Shown piece after piece: positions 46,811-55,491 of a stretch of 55,491 nt of DNA (within the stretch, counting starts at the first letter, position 1; each line of letters starts with the position of its first letter). Source of the stretch: Bacteroidota bacterium (GTDB lineage: Bacteria; Bacteroidota; Bacteroidia; Bacteroidales; FEN-979); the NCBI GenBank assembly GCA_007280875.1, contig QYQJ01000019.1, forward strand, positions 1 to 55,491, read 5' to 3'. The notes below the pieces were generated by a model, which worked only from the letters and a program-made list of their open reading frames with translations, did no database searches and was not told the DNA's origin. The translations under genes were made by a program, and so were the position numbers.

Positions 46811-48034
46811 TCACTTCGGGTGCGTCAACTCCCGGGTACCGTTGATGAATTTCACGATGAAAGCTTTGCTCAGTCCGGGTTTGGCCTGCAGGCTGGTGGC
46901 CAGCTGGTTGGCTTCAGCCTCTTTTTCGAATTCGCCGACATAGTACCGGTAATACCCCTCTGAGAGCTCTTTATACACAGGCTGGGTTAATTTGAAATAG
47001 GCCCGTATGCTTTCGGCGCTTCGTTGCCCGGTGGAAGAGGCAAAAATCTGGACCCGGTAGAATACATCGGCTTGCAGACCGGGAAGCTGGTATGGTTTCG
47101 TGGTTTTTGTTCCGGGAACAACCTCTTTTACCTTTGATGAATCGGGTCCCATTTTGGAAGGAGTGGCCATTATGTGTTGAGTCGAAATCGGAACCGGCTG
47201 CCCCTGACCGGCTTTGGCAGCAGAGATAGTATCGTGTTTTCCCGGGGTGGTAGATTCAACCGGGGGATTTGCTTTTGGCAGTACTACCGGAGGCATGGTG
47301 GCGTTTACTGCATCCAGCTTTACCGGATTACGGCGGTTGAAATTGTAGACCAGGTTGAGCGACAGAAACGAATAAAGATCATACTGGAATCCGCCGACCG
47401 TTGCATCAAGTCTATCCGAGTTAACCCCACGCAGGGTCCATTCCACCCCCAGGTTGACCTTATCGTAAATGTTGAAATAGGCCCCAAGTCCTGCCGGGAC
47501 CACCCATTCGGTTGTCCAGTTAGATGGTGATCCACTTCCCCTGAGCTGATTATTCGTATTCGCGTCCTTTACTTTGGTAATCCAGTTGGACATCCCTATA
47601 CCGACTGTACCATAAATGAAAAAAATCCGTTTGGGCTTGTAGCGTAGGATCAGGTTGCTGAAATTGATCGTGGTATTCAGATTGTACTCAAAGATATTTC
47701 CTATGAGATACTCGTTGCAGGGGGTGCCATTCGGAAAATTTCGTTTCATGCTATAGATCTCGCCATAAAGAGCCTGTCCGCGAAGAGCGAACACATGACT
47801 GAGTTGCCGGATCAGGTAGAACGAACCGGCATACCGGATTTCATTGAATGTGGATATACCTGGAGCGATCCTCCATGGATTCAAATCCCCATAAAACAGG
47901 GTTGGGCCCCCACCCACACCAACAGACCAGTTGCCATACCACTTCTTACTCAACACACCCTGTGTTTGGGAAAAGGAAATTCCGGAAATCAGCAGTGATG
48001 CCAGGAGAGCAGAAAAGACGCGTAGTCTTCGCAT
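46811..48034 (-). CDS. SPOR-domain protein with an N-terminal beta-barrel-like domain
   Basis: C-terminal FYRVQIFASS...YYRYYVGEFEKEAEANQL (SPOR fold signature), a signal peptide, and a Pro-rich linker. Confidence 0.7.
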   Translation of the reverse strand: MRRLRVFSALLASLLISGISFSQTQGVLSKKWYGNWSVGVGGGPTLFYGDLNPWRIAPGISTFNEIRYAGSFYLIRQLSHVFALRGQALYGEIYSMKRNFPNGTPCNEYLIGNIFEYNLNTTINFSNLILRYKPKRIFFIYGTVGIGMSNWITKVKDANTNNQLRGSGSPSNWTTEWVVPAGLGAYFNIYDKVNLGVEWTLRGVNSDRLDATVGGFQYDLYSFLSLNLVYNFNRRNPVKLDAVNATMPPVVLPKANPPVESTTPGKHDTISAAKAGQGQPVPISTQHIMATPSKMGPDSSKVKEVVPGTKTTKPYQLPGLQADVFYRVQIFASSTGQRSAESIRAYFKLTQPVYKELSEGYYRYYVGEFEKEAEANQLATSLQAKPGLSKAFIVKFINGTRELTHPK

Positions 48035-48121
48035 GAAGATCCGAGTGATTAACCGGATAAAGATATCTGTAAACAGAGAGTGGACTAAGGGTCCTGGAAA
48101 AACTTTATTAACAACCCGTTG

Positions 48122-49177
48122 TTACTTCTTCAGATCGATAGCCCGGCTGTAGTCGGTGATCGAGCCAGGGATATCACCCATAGCTTTCCGGGTAAAGCCC
48201 CGGTAATAATAGGCATCAGCAAATCTAGGATCGATCTGGATCGCCTCCGTGAAGTCATCGAAAGCCTGCTTGTATCTTTTCATTTTCAGATACGCCAACC
48301 CCCTGTTACAGAGTGCATCCAGTAATGTTCGGTCTTTCCGGATTGCAACCGTGAGTGTGGAGAGCGCTTTGTTATTTTTATCAAGATAGGCGTACAGGCA
48401 TCCCCGGTTATTAAATCCTTCAGCGAATCTGGGATATTTGGATTTGAGCAGGATATAGGCTTTCATTGAATGATCGGGATCACCGGCCAGGCGGTAAACA
48501 TAGCCCATGCATAAAATGATGGTGGAGTCATAGGATGGCTCCAGATCAACGGCATGTTTGTAAAGATCAATGGTTTTGTTGTACCGGCCATTCTGGAAAT
48601 TCCAAACCCCGTAGTTTATATAGGCTTCAAGGAACTCACGGTCTTTGGTCCCAAAACTGAGACAAATCTCGATCAGGTTGGAGTCGGTGGGGTTGTTCAA
48701 TGCCTGGTTTGTGCCAATCAGGTAACCTGAAAAAATATGGTCCTGCGTAACAGGAGCGTCTTGCCAGAAAGCGGGATTTTTCAACTGGGTTACCGGGATA
48801 TTAAGGGCTTCACTGCAGATTTTCAGGATGCTGTCCGACTGGTTCAGCCGCATGAATGCTACTCCGATATAGAAATTGCAAAAGGTCCGGGAGACGGCGG
48901 AATCGGTCCTGGCTATCCTGAAATCCATAATGGCTTCCCGGAACATGCTCTGTTCCAGGTAGGAGAGCCCGCGGTAAAAATGGACAGATCCAAGGGTTGA
49001 CGAAGAGGGGAAAAGGGAGTCTTTATTCTTTTCCAGCAGGGAAGCAAAGTCGGTCCGGTAGTCCAGGCTGCAGATCTCACGCAGCTCCAGAGTCTGGCCT
49101 ATGGCAATTTTTGTTCCCCCGGTAGCGAACAGGAAGAGCAGGAAAATCGGGAAGAGTTTTTTCGATGAAAAGATCAT
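48122..49177 (-). CDS. Tetratricopeptide-repeat protein
   Basis: Multiple TPR-like A/Y/G patterns (AIxxDPxxAxAYxxRG). The start is set at ATG 49177 (MIFSSKKLFPIFLLFLF). Confidence 0.7.
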   Translation of the reverse strand: MIFSSKKLFPIFLLFLFATGGTKIAIGQTLELREICSLDYRTDFASLLEKNKDSLFPSSSTLGSVHFYRGLSYLEQSMFREAIMDFRIARTDSAVSRTFCNFYIGVAFMRLNQSDSILKICSEALNIPVTQLKNPAFWQDAPVTQDHIFSGYLIGTNQALNNPTDSNLIEICLSFGTKDREFLEAYINYGVWNFQNGRYNKTIDLYKHAVDLEPSYDSTIILCMGYVYRLAGDPDHSMKAYILLKSKYPRFAEGFNNRGCLYAYLDKNNKALSTLTVAIRKDRTLLDALCNRGLAYLKMKRYKQAFDDFTEAIQIDPRFADAYYYRGFTRKAMGDIPGSITDYSRAIDLKK

Positions 49178-49268
49178 AGGATATACACTCAATGAATAAT
49201 CAAAAATAGGTAATTCCGAAGAATAAAATCCCAGGAGTTATTCACTTGGCGGTATTTTTTTTGAACTA

Positions 49269-50117
49269 TTAACCCGGACCTGACCAGTGCTTCAGGTTGC
49301 CTGCTTTGAATGCGGAGGTCAGCTCTTCGTCCAGTGGTGCTATGTGTTCAAAATGGTTCCAGCGGAAATTAACCCGGTGACCGGCCTTATCCCAGGAGTA
49401 GATCTTCTGAAACAAGGTCCCGAACCGGATCATGGTGGAATCGTAGTAGACCGAATGGGCAATCTGTTCCCCTGAGCGCAGGTCATTTCCGATCAGGTTG
49501 TATTTCATATGAATGACCGGACCTCCGTTGAGCGAGCTAAGCAGCGCCTGTTGAAGGGGCTTGCTGCGTTCCTCCTCCAGGTCAATATCAAAATAGAGAA
49601 TATACTCCAGGTCGGCCAAATCCATCTGGTGAGAAAACACGCGGATTCGTGAATTCTCATTGATCAGCCAGGCCTCAAGCCGCCCTTTCAGGTCGATAAT
49701 CGGACGTCCTTTGTTGCCCAGTCTGGCACTCAGGTACCAGTTGTTGTGGCGAAAGCGGACATACAAATGCTTAGTGGTGATGATATCAGGATGCCTGCGT
49801 ATGATGAAATAGACCAGCATCCCGGAAAATACGGCTGTATAAAAAAGGGAGAAAAAGGCCTGGATCATCATGATCACCCGTCCCTGCATGGTGATGGGGT
49901 AGATATCCCCATATCCAATGGTGTGAAAGGAGACCACGCTGAAATAGACAGCCCGGAAGAAGTCGATCTCACCATCCCCTCCGGCGAGAAATTTGTAATA
50001 GCCGATACTATTTGTACTGAAATACAGGTATGCAAAAAAGAGGATAAGAACCGCATACACGCAGAGGAAGAAAATCAGGAACCAGAGAATGGTCCGTGCT
50101 TTGATCGAGAGTCGCAT
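49269..50117 (-). CDS. Potassium channel, inward-rectifier (KirBac)-like
   Basis: Two TMs flank a pore helix with the TIGYGD selectivity filter, followed by a ~170-aa beta-rich cytoplasmic domain. The start is set at ATG 50117. Confidence 0.75.
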   Translation of the reverse strand: MRLSIKARTILWFLIFFLCVYAVLILFFAYLYFSTNSIGYYKFLAGGDGEIDFFRAVYFSVVSFHTIGYGDIYPITMQGRVIMMIQAFFSLFYTAVFSGMLVYFIIRRHPDIITTKHLYVRFRHNNWYLSARLGNKGRPIIDLKGRLEAWLINENSRIRVFSHQMDLADLEYILYFDIDLEEERSKPLQQALLSSLNGGPVIHMKYNLIGNDLRSGEQIAHSVYYDSTMIRFGTLFQKIYSWDKAGHRVNFRWNHFEHIAPLDEELTSAFKAGNLKHWSGPG

Positions 50118-50120
50118 GTA

Positions 50121-50128
50121 CAAATATA
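50121..50128 (-). promoter_or_regulatory. Bacteroidota -7 box (TATATTTG on the minus strand)
   Basis: Exact match. Only 3 nt separate it from ATG 50117, which suggests a leaderless transcript. Confidence 0.35.
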
Positions 50129-50161
50129 GGAAAAACCTCTTGGTAATTCAACAAAAAATTC

Positions 50162-50169
50162 TATCTTTG
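50162..50169 (+). promoter_or_regulatory. Bacteroidota -7 box (TATCTTTG) for the tRNA
   Basis: Exact TAnnTTTG match 20 nt upstream of the tRNA 5' end. Confidence 0.55.
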
Positions 50170-50189
50170 CACTCCCAATTTTGGGATAC

Positions 50190-50263
50190 TCCTCCTTAGC
50201 TCAGTTGGTTAGAGCATCTGACTGTTAATCAGAGGGTCGCTGGTTCAAGTCCAGCAGGGGGAG
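50190..50263 (+). tRNA. tRNA-Asn (anticodon GTT)
   Basis: Hand-folded cloverleaf. The acceptor stem is tcctcct/aggggga (one G-U pair) and the D-arm is agctcagttggttagagc. The anticodon stem tctga/tcaga carries loop ctGTTaa, and the T-arm is gctgg-ttcaagt-ccagc. Length is 74 nt with no encoded CCA. Confidence 0.93.
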
Positions 50264-50275
50264 CAAGATTACCAG

Positions 50276-50307
50276 CCACTTACAAGAATTTTTGTGAGTG
50301 GTTTTTT
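50276..50307 (+). terminator. Rho-independent terminator after tRNA-Asn
   Basis: A 10-bp stem (ccacttacaa / ttgtgagtgg, one G-U pair), loop gaattt, then TTTTTT. Confidence 0.75.
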
Positions 50308-50372
50308 GTTTGGGTACACACAAAAGTGCACACAAATACTAAAAAAGCATGAAGATACTTGGGGGTTGGGAT

Positions 50373-50831
50373 CTATCTGAGTGGGGCTTTCCATTCAGCG
50401 GGTTTTAAGATCTGTGTCCCGTCTGGAAGAGTGAATGGATCGGGAAACTGGTGTTTCCGATAACTTTTCAGTTTAATTGAAAAAGATTCCGGTAATAATC
50501 TCTCAATTTCATTATTCTTACTGCAATCTTTACAGTAAACCGTTTTCTCTTTAAATCTCCCGAGTATAACATTTATACCGGTTTCTTTCAAACACTTGAG
50601 ATATAGATTATGTCTTGTTATCTTGCCTGGGAATGTCGAAGATAAGTGTTTTGGGATTGCAGTGAAATAATAAATTGCGACAATGGTGTCCTTTTTTCCG
50701 AAAACAGGAAGGTAGGAATTACAAAGCGATCTAACATCTAACCATTTTAAGTACTCGCCAGTATTGTTTTGAATACTGATAATTGAATGATAAAGGTTAA
50801 AACCGTCAATATAGTATATTATTCTGGCCAT
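50373..50831 (-). CDS. NYN-domain-like protein, apparently C-terminally truncated or degenerate
   Basis: N-terminal IIYYIDGFNLYHS motif typical of NYN/LabA nucleases. The expected downstream acidic motifs (EKxxDV, SGDSD) are not seen. The start is set at ATG 50831. Confidence 0.5.
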   Translation of the reverse strand: MARIIYYIDGFNLYHSIISIQNNTGEYLKWLDVRSLCNSYLPVFGKKDTIVAIYYFTAIPKHLSSTFPGKITRHNLYLKCLKETGINVILGRFKEKTVYCKDCSKNNEIERLLPESFSIKLKSYRKHQFPDPFTLPDGTQILKPAEWKAPLR

Positions 50832-51124
50832 AAAAAAAAACCCCGCGGACGGATCCTTGGGGGGGCGCATTACTTATTTTCATGCGGGATGAAGAAGCAA
50901 ATATAATATATAACTAATATGAAATGCAAAAAAGACAAAATATTTTTAAATAATTTAACATTTCACTAGAAGAACCGGTACATCTGACCACCTTTCGCCG
51001 ATTCAAATGGACTACCGCATATGCCTGATTTTAAGATATCTAAACTGATTTACTACGATTAGCCCGGGGTGGTTAAATCCGTCGGCTTATCCAATCAACA
51101 TCATGATTAAGGATCAAAATACTA

Positions 51125-53440
51125 TTACGCCACCCTCACCTCATACAAATGCCGCTGGAAGGTGAAAAACAGCGACCGAATATCGGCAACCGCTCCTAAT
51201 TGTTCTGTGGCATCAGACAACGCCTGGTACTTTAATTCCAACAGTTTTGGCAGCTTCTCCTGGTCGAGCTCTTCAACCCCGCTTTCAATGTATTGAGTAA
51301 GCACGAACTCTAGAAACTCCTTCTGTTTGGCATTGAGACCTACGAAAATCTCAGCCTGGGCTGTAGCTACGCGCATCTCCCGGGTCATTGGCTTTGTTGA
51401 ATAGGCAACATATTCCAGCACATCAAAGAGGTCGCTCTTTTCGGCGTCGATCAACTTTTGCAGGACTGAAAGTTCTTCCCGCCCATATCCTGCTGTAGCT
51501 AACTTATCCAACAACGTTCTTCGGGTCACCGGATCTGACCATATCTCACGTAATTCAGCTTCATCCTGAAAGAAATCTGGTAGTGTTCCAAAGAGGTTTT
51601 GCAGGAATTCCTCTGCAGATATAGGATTTCCATCTGCACTCCAATAGGAGGTGGCGATCATGTGTTGGATTTCTCGTTCTTTTCCGTCCCTCAGTTTCAC
51701 TTTAATTTTCTTTCGCTTCTCACCTGGCTCAAATGGTTCAGGTGGCTCTTCAGGCCATGGAGGTTGTGGTTCATCAGGTGGTTCCGGATACGGTTTGGGT
51801 TCCGGTGGCATGGGTTCCCCATCCCATTCCGGATCGGCAAAATGATGATGGGCATCAACAAAATCATATAGAGTGAAGAATTCTTTGCCATCAAATAATC
51901 TTGTTCCCCGACCAATGATCTGCTTGAACTCGATCATTGAATTGACCGGACGCATCAGGATGATGTTGCGGATATTCCTGGCATCAATCCCTGTGGAGAG
52001 CTTCTGGGAGGTGGTTAGAATGGTGGGGATGGTCTTTTCATTGTCCTGAAACTCCCGAAGGTATTGTTCCCCCAGCTCACCATCATTCGCTGTGACACGG
52101 ACGCAATAGTTGGGAGTTGTACTCTGCTTGAATTGATTAACCAGGTCTCTTACAGCTGCCGCATGATCCTGTGTAGCACAAAAAACGATGGACTTTTCTC
52201 GCTGGTCGATCTCCGATAAAAAGATCTTCACCCGTTTGGCTTCCCGTTCCTTGATCTCAATGATCCGGTTGAAATCCGGCTCAATGTAAATCTTCCCTTC
52301 CTCAATCTCCCCTTCAATCACCTGGTCATCCGGAGTATAGATGCAATCATCAATGGTTGTTTTGATCCTTTTGACCTTGAACGGGGTCAGATACCCATCA
52401 TTGATACCCTCTTTCAATGAATAGATATAGACAGGATCCCCAAAATAACGGTATGTGTCTGCATTGTCCTGCCGTTTTGGTGTAGCTGTCAACCCTAGCT
52501 GAACGGCCGGGGAAAAGTACTCCATGATATCCCGCCAGTTGCTTTCATCGTTGGCGCCGCCACGGTGACATTCATCAATGATGATGAAATCAAAGTAATC
52601 CTGCGGATAATCACCAAAATAGGGTATGTTCTCAGGCCCGCTCATGAAGGTCTGGAAGATGGTAAAGAAGATGCTTCCATTGGTGGGTACATGCCTGTGT
52701 TTCCGGATCTCATTCGGTCTTATCCTGACCAGGACATCTTCCTGGAATGCAGAAAAAGCATTGAACGCCTGGTCAGCCAGGATGTTCCTGTCGGCCAGGA
52801 ATAAGACCCTGGGCCGCCTGGACCCATCCCGGTGGAGATTCCATCGTGTGTAGAAGAGCTTCCAGACGATCTGAAACGCAATAAACGTCTTGCCGGTACC
52901 GGTAGCCATGGTAAGCAGGATTCGTTGGTTCTCTCCTGCAATGGATTCCATTACCTTGTTTACGGCAATTTCCTGGTAATATCGTAACTCTTTACTCCCG
53001 CCAACATCTTCAAAGGGTATCTCGTCAAATCTCTTTAGCCAAAGGTTCTGGGATGCAAACGCATTGTTCCAAAGTTCATCAGGTGTGGGAAACCGGTCAA
53101 TTAGGCCTTCAATCCCTGTGTCCATACGAATCTGGTAAATCTCATGACCATTACATGAGAATGTAGTATAAATATGCAGCTTTTCCGCGTAGTTTTTCGC
53201 CTGGGCAACTCCTTCTCCCACTTCCAGTTCATCACTTTTTGCTTCAATCACTGCAAGTTTCCGACCTTGATAGACCAGGATATAGTCTGCAATCAATGGC
53301 TTTGCACGACCGCCACCAGTTTGGATCTTGCCAATTGTGATCTTGTATTCGCGCATCACCTTGGAACCATCCACAACGCCCCATCCGACTTCTTTCAGCT
53401 TTGGGTCAATAAGTTCCGCCCTGGTTTCTGCTTCATTCAT
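51125..53440 (-). CDS. hsdR: Type I restriction enzyme R subunit (EcoEI/type IB-like, short form)
   Basis: N-terminal MNEAETRAELIDPKL and the nuclease core (DYILVY...VIEAKS). SF2 helicase motifs are present (MATGTGKTF, IIDECHRG, TATP, QIIGRGTR). It lies in an operon with hsdS and hsdM. Confidence 0.9.
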   Translation of the reverse strand: MNEAETRAELIDPKLKEVGWGVVDGSKVMREYKITIGKIQTGGGRAKPLIADYILVYQGRKLAVIEAKSDELEVGEGVAQAKNYAEKLHIYTTFSCNGHEIYQIRMDTGIEGLIDRFPTPDELWNNAFASQNLWLKRFDEIPFEDVGGSKELRYYQEIAVNKVMESIAGENQRILLTMATGTGKTFIAFQIVWKLFYTRWNLHRDGSRRPRVLFLADRNILADQAFNAFSAFQEDVLVRIRPNEIRKHRHVPTNGSIFFTIFQTFMSGPENIPYFGDYPQDYFDFIIIDECHRGGANDESNWRDIMEYFSPAVQLGLTATPKRQDNADTYRYFGDPVYIYSLKEGINDGYLTPFKVKRIKTTIDDCIYTPDDQVIEGEIEEGKIYIEPDFNRIIEIKEREAKRVKIFLSEIDQREKSIVFCATQDHAAAVRDLVNQFKQSTTPNYCVRVTANDGELGEQYLREFQDNEKTIPTILTTSQKLSTGIDARNIRNIILMRPVNSMIEFKQIIGRGTRLFDGKEFFTLYDFVDAHHHFADPEWDGEPMPPEPKPYPEPPDEPQPPWPEEPPEPFEPGEKRKKIKVKLRDGKEREIQHMIATSYWSADGNPISAEEFLQNLFGTLPDFFQDEAELREIWSDPVTRRTLLDKLATAGYGREELSVLQKLIDAEKSDLFDVLEYVAYSTKPMTREMRVATAQAEIFVGLNAKQKEFLEFVLTQYIESGVEELDQEKLPKLLELKYQALSDATEQLGAVADIRSLFFTFQRHLYEVRVA

Positions 53441-54576
53441 GATTGACCAGTATTTAGCTCTCCGGTAAAGGCTTTTTGGAGAAGTGATTTCTTCAAGTCT
53501 TGCAGTTTATCAAGTTTCCGCTGGTATATATTCTCCAGTTTTTTGGTTTCATTAACAAGTTGATCAAGCATGAATACAATTTGTTTCTGCACAACCTTAT
53601 TTTTTGGAAAAACAACAGAAAGTCCAGCCCATTTACTTTTTTTCAATATAGGCAAAGTTGCCTGAGAAGCATTTGTTATAACTTCCTGTTGGAATCTTAA
53701 TGTTCGCATAGCATAGTAAAAAAATTTTGGCTCATATCCAGGATCTACCGTAAGAGTGTTTATTTGTTGATTACATGAAATATTTCTATCAGTATATCCT
53801 ACTTTCCCAATGCTTGCTCCAATACAAACCATCAAGATAGATTTTTGTATAATTCCCCTGCCTTTTTTCAAGCCTAATTCACTCAATGAATCATTATTAT
53901 ATTGATTACCCCCCATGCCATCTATGTCGATATCTGCCGGCTTAATGAAAGGAATAAATGAACCATAGTATTCCTTATGCATTGTGCTAGGAGTAGTTCC
54001 AGTTTGTACAGTACCAACTTCACACAATCTTTTCTCCACCCACTCCTCCCCTGGATTATCAAATACACCATTAAGATACGACTCAAAAACCTCCCTCGCA
54101 TTTTCCAGGTTCTTCTCAGTATTCTCGCTGGCTTTGTCGATGGCAGCAAAGGCTTCATCCAGGATGGCTACGATGCGGTGTTGTTCGGGGAGGGGGGGGA
54201 GAGGGATGTCAATGTCATATACTTCATTGCGGTTTATGCCAGGTTTAACTCCTTTCGCTAATTTAGGGAGATCAAGCGTTGATAATAAGTAGAAGAGAAA
54301 TTTTCTTTGATATTCCTTTTCATCAAAGACGAGGAAATATGTAACATCTAATGGCCAAAATTTAGATTCTGTTAGATTTATTTCACCAGCAGACCCCTTT
54401 CTCCCAATTACAATGCTTGGCCTATCAATATAATACTGATCTGTTCTGTCTTTAATTCCATTTGCACCATAAACTGGATAAGCACCACTCGGATTCCGCA
54501 AATCAGGCGGGAGAGGTTTCCCGTATTCAAGTTTTATAACTTCCCCGAGTTTCTTTACCTGCCAATTTTTACTCAT
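53437..54576 (-). CDS. hsdS: Type I restriction-modification specificity subunit
   Basis: Two target-recognition halves are separated by the conserved LPPLPEQHRIVAILDE helix, with a C-terminal coiled helix. It overlaps both neighbours by 4 nt. Confidence 0.88.
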   Translation of the reverse strand: MSKNWQVKKLGEVIKLEYGKPLPPDLRNPSGAYPVYGANGIKDRTDQYYIDRPSIVIGRKGSAGEINLTESKFWPLDVTYFLVFDEKEYQRKFLFYLLSTLDLPKLAKGVKPGINRNEVYDIDIPLPPLPEQHRIVAILDEAFAAIDKASENTEKNLENAREVFESYLNGVFDNPGEEWVEKRLCEVGTVQTGTTPSTMHKEYYGSFIPFIKPADIDIDGMGGNQYNNDSLSELGLKKGRGIIQKSILMVCIGASIGKVGYTDRNISCNQQINTLTVDPGYEPKFFYYAMRTLRFQQEVITNASQATLPILKKSKWAGLSVVFPKNKVVQKQIVFMLDQLVNETKKLENIYQRKLDKLQDLKKSLLQKAFTGELNTGQS

Positions 54577-55491
54577 ACCAGTTTACGAATTGTAGTTAGA
54601 ATTTCGGCACTTTGCTCATCTAGGTCTTTGATATCGTCTAATATTTCATGTGGTTCACGTAGTGTTTCCTCCTCTTGCGTATTTGGATTTTTCACAGAGA
54701 GATCATAGGATGTGGTATCTACATCCGCGATATTAACTGGCCAGGAGTTGTCTGAATCAGCATTTGTCTTTTGTAATTCAAGGAATTCAGCCAGATCGTT
54801 TTCATTCAGCGGATTGGTCTTGCCCAGGTTCCGGACCAGGTTTAATTGGTAATACCAGATTTTCTGTGTTGGCTGGCCTTTTTCAAAAAAAAGCACAACA
54901 GTTTTAACACCAGCACCGGAGAATACTCCGCCTGGCAAATCCAGGATGGAATGAAGGTTACAGTTTTCGAGCAAGAGTTTCCGTAAGCTGATGGACGCAT
55001 TATCAGTATTGGACAGAAATGTATTCTTAATTACCACACCTGCCCGGCCGCCGGCTTTGAGAATCTTGATGAAATGTTGTAAAAAGAGAAAGGCGGTCTC
55101 CCCGGTCTTGATCGGGAAGTTTTGCTGAACCTCTGCCCTCTCTTTACCACCGAACGGCGGATTAGCCAGAACAATATCATACCGGTCACGCTCCTGGATA
55201 TCAGCCAGGTTTTCAGCCAGGGTATTCGTGTGAATGATATTGGGGGCTTCGATCCCATGCAGGATCATGTTCATGATGCCTATTATATAGGCCAGCGACT
55301 TTTTCTCTTTCGCATAAAAAGTCTTTTTTTGTAAGATCTCCGCTTCCTGGGTGGTCAGCTTCTTCTGCTTCATGTATTCAAACGATTCAACCAGGAAGCC
55401 AGCCGAACCAACGGCGCCATCATATATTTTTTCGCCAATTTTCGGAGCTACTACCTTGACGATAGTTTTAATCAGTGGCCGGGGTGTATAG
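54573..55491 (-). CDS. hsdM: Type I restriction-modification DNA methyltransferase subunit (N6-adenine), 5' end outside the window
   Basis: NPPFG catalytic motif. The reading frame stays open upstream of the listed ATG to the window edge and encodes YTPRPLIKTIV...DGAVGSAGFL (the AdoMet-binding motif I region). Confidence 0.9.
   Translation of the reverse strand, partial: YTPRPLIKTIVKVVAPKIGEKIYDGAVGSAGFLVESFEYMKQKKLTTQEAEILQKKTFYAKEKKSLAYIIGIMNMILHGIEAPNIIHTNTLAENLADIQERDRYDIVLANPPFGGKERAEVQQNFPIKTGETAFLFLQHFIKILKAGGRAGVVIKNTFLSNTDNASISLRKLLLENCNLHSILDLPGGVFSGAGVKTVVLFFEKGQPTQKIWYYQLNLVRNLGKTNPLNENDLAEFLELQKTNADSDNSWPVNIADVDTTSYDLSVKNPNTQEEETLREPHEILDDIKDLDEQSAEILTTIRKLV

Noticed and set aside
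50832-50880. GC-rich segment plus a T9 run (minus strand) as the terminator of the hsdMSR operon
   Set aside because: Only a ~4-bp CCCC/GGGG stem can be drawn around a GGATCC palindrome, and the T-run abuts the NYN start codon. This is too weak to call.
50264-51124. Integrase gene or a direct repeat of the tRNA-Asn 3' end marking an att site
   Set aside because: I saw no integrase ORF and no copy of the tRNA 3' segment within the window. The island border cannot be defined from this sequence.

Overview
This 55.5-kb chromosomal window looks like it comes from an anaerobic Bacteroidota-type genome. The evidence is a T9SS C-terminal sorting domain, the ftsX-DUF3098-uppP-truB synteny, and repeated TAnnTTTG -7 promoter boxes. 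The left part (1-27.7 kb) carries housekeeping and envelope genes: a STAS protein, an S9 peptidase, aspS, a 2149-aa alpha-2-macroglobulin with no CxEQ thioester motif, leuS, two tandem giant membrane-anchored paralogs (AsmA-like by architecture), ftsX, uppP, truB, tadA, a T9SS cargo protein, an HD hydrolase and an NAD(P)-binding protein. The middle part (about 27.8-46.7 kb) is the most interesting region. It is a tightly packed, co-directional cluster that I cannot match to any described system. It encodes an outer-membrane beta-barrel, five PQQ-like (BamB-like) beta-propellers with different membrane anchors, an NHL propeller with a CxCC motif, and a mini Tat-signal Cys protein. It also encodes a Tat-exported NapG-like polyferredoxin, a NapH-like CX3CP membrane polyferredoxin, a fused NuoE-NuoF-type flavoprotein, and a 2Fe-2S/GltD-like flavoprotein with no second Rossmann motif. 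The cluster ends with a GT4 glycosyltransferase and a MacB-type ABC ATPase plus a 1093-aa double FtsX permease. It has no heme c motifs and no recognisable terminal reductase. I read it as a candidate heme-free electron conduit from cytoplasmic NAD(P)H into the periplasm, feeding beta-propeller proteins. The right part carries a SPOR protein, a TPR protein, a Kir-like K+ channel and tRNA-Asn(GTT). The tRNA is followed by an AT-rich island with a truncated NYN gene and a type I R-M operon (hsdR, hsdS, hsdM), and hsdM runs off the window. A second notable feature is a family of 7-8-nt tandem repeat arrays. They sit in intergenic hairpins and also occur six times in frame inside the intact alpha-2-macroglobulin ORF.
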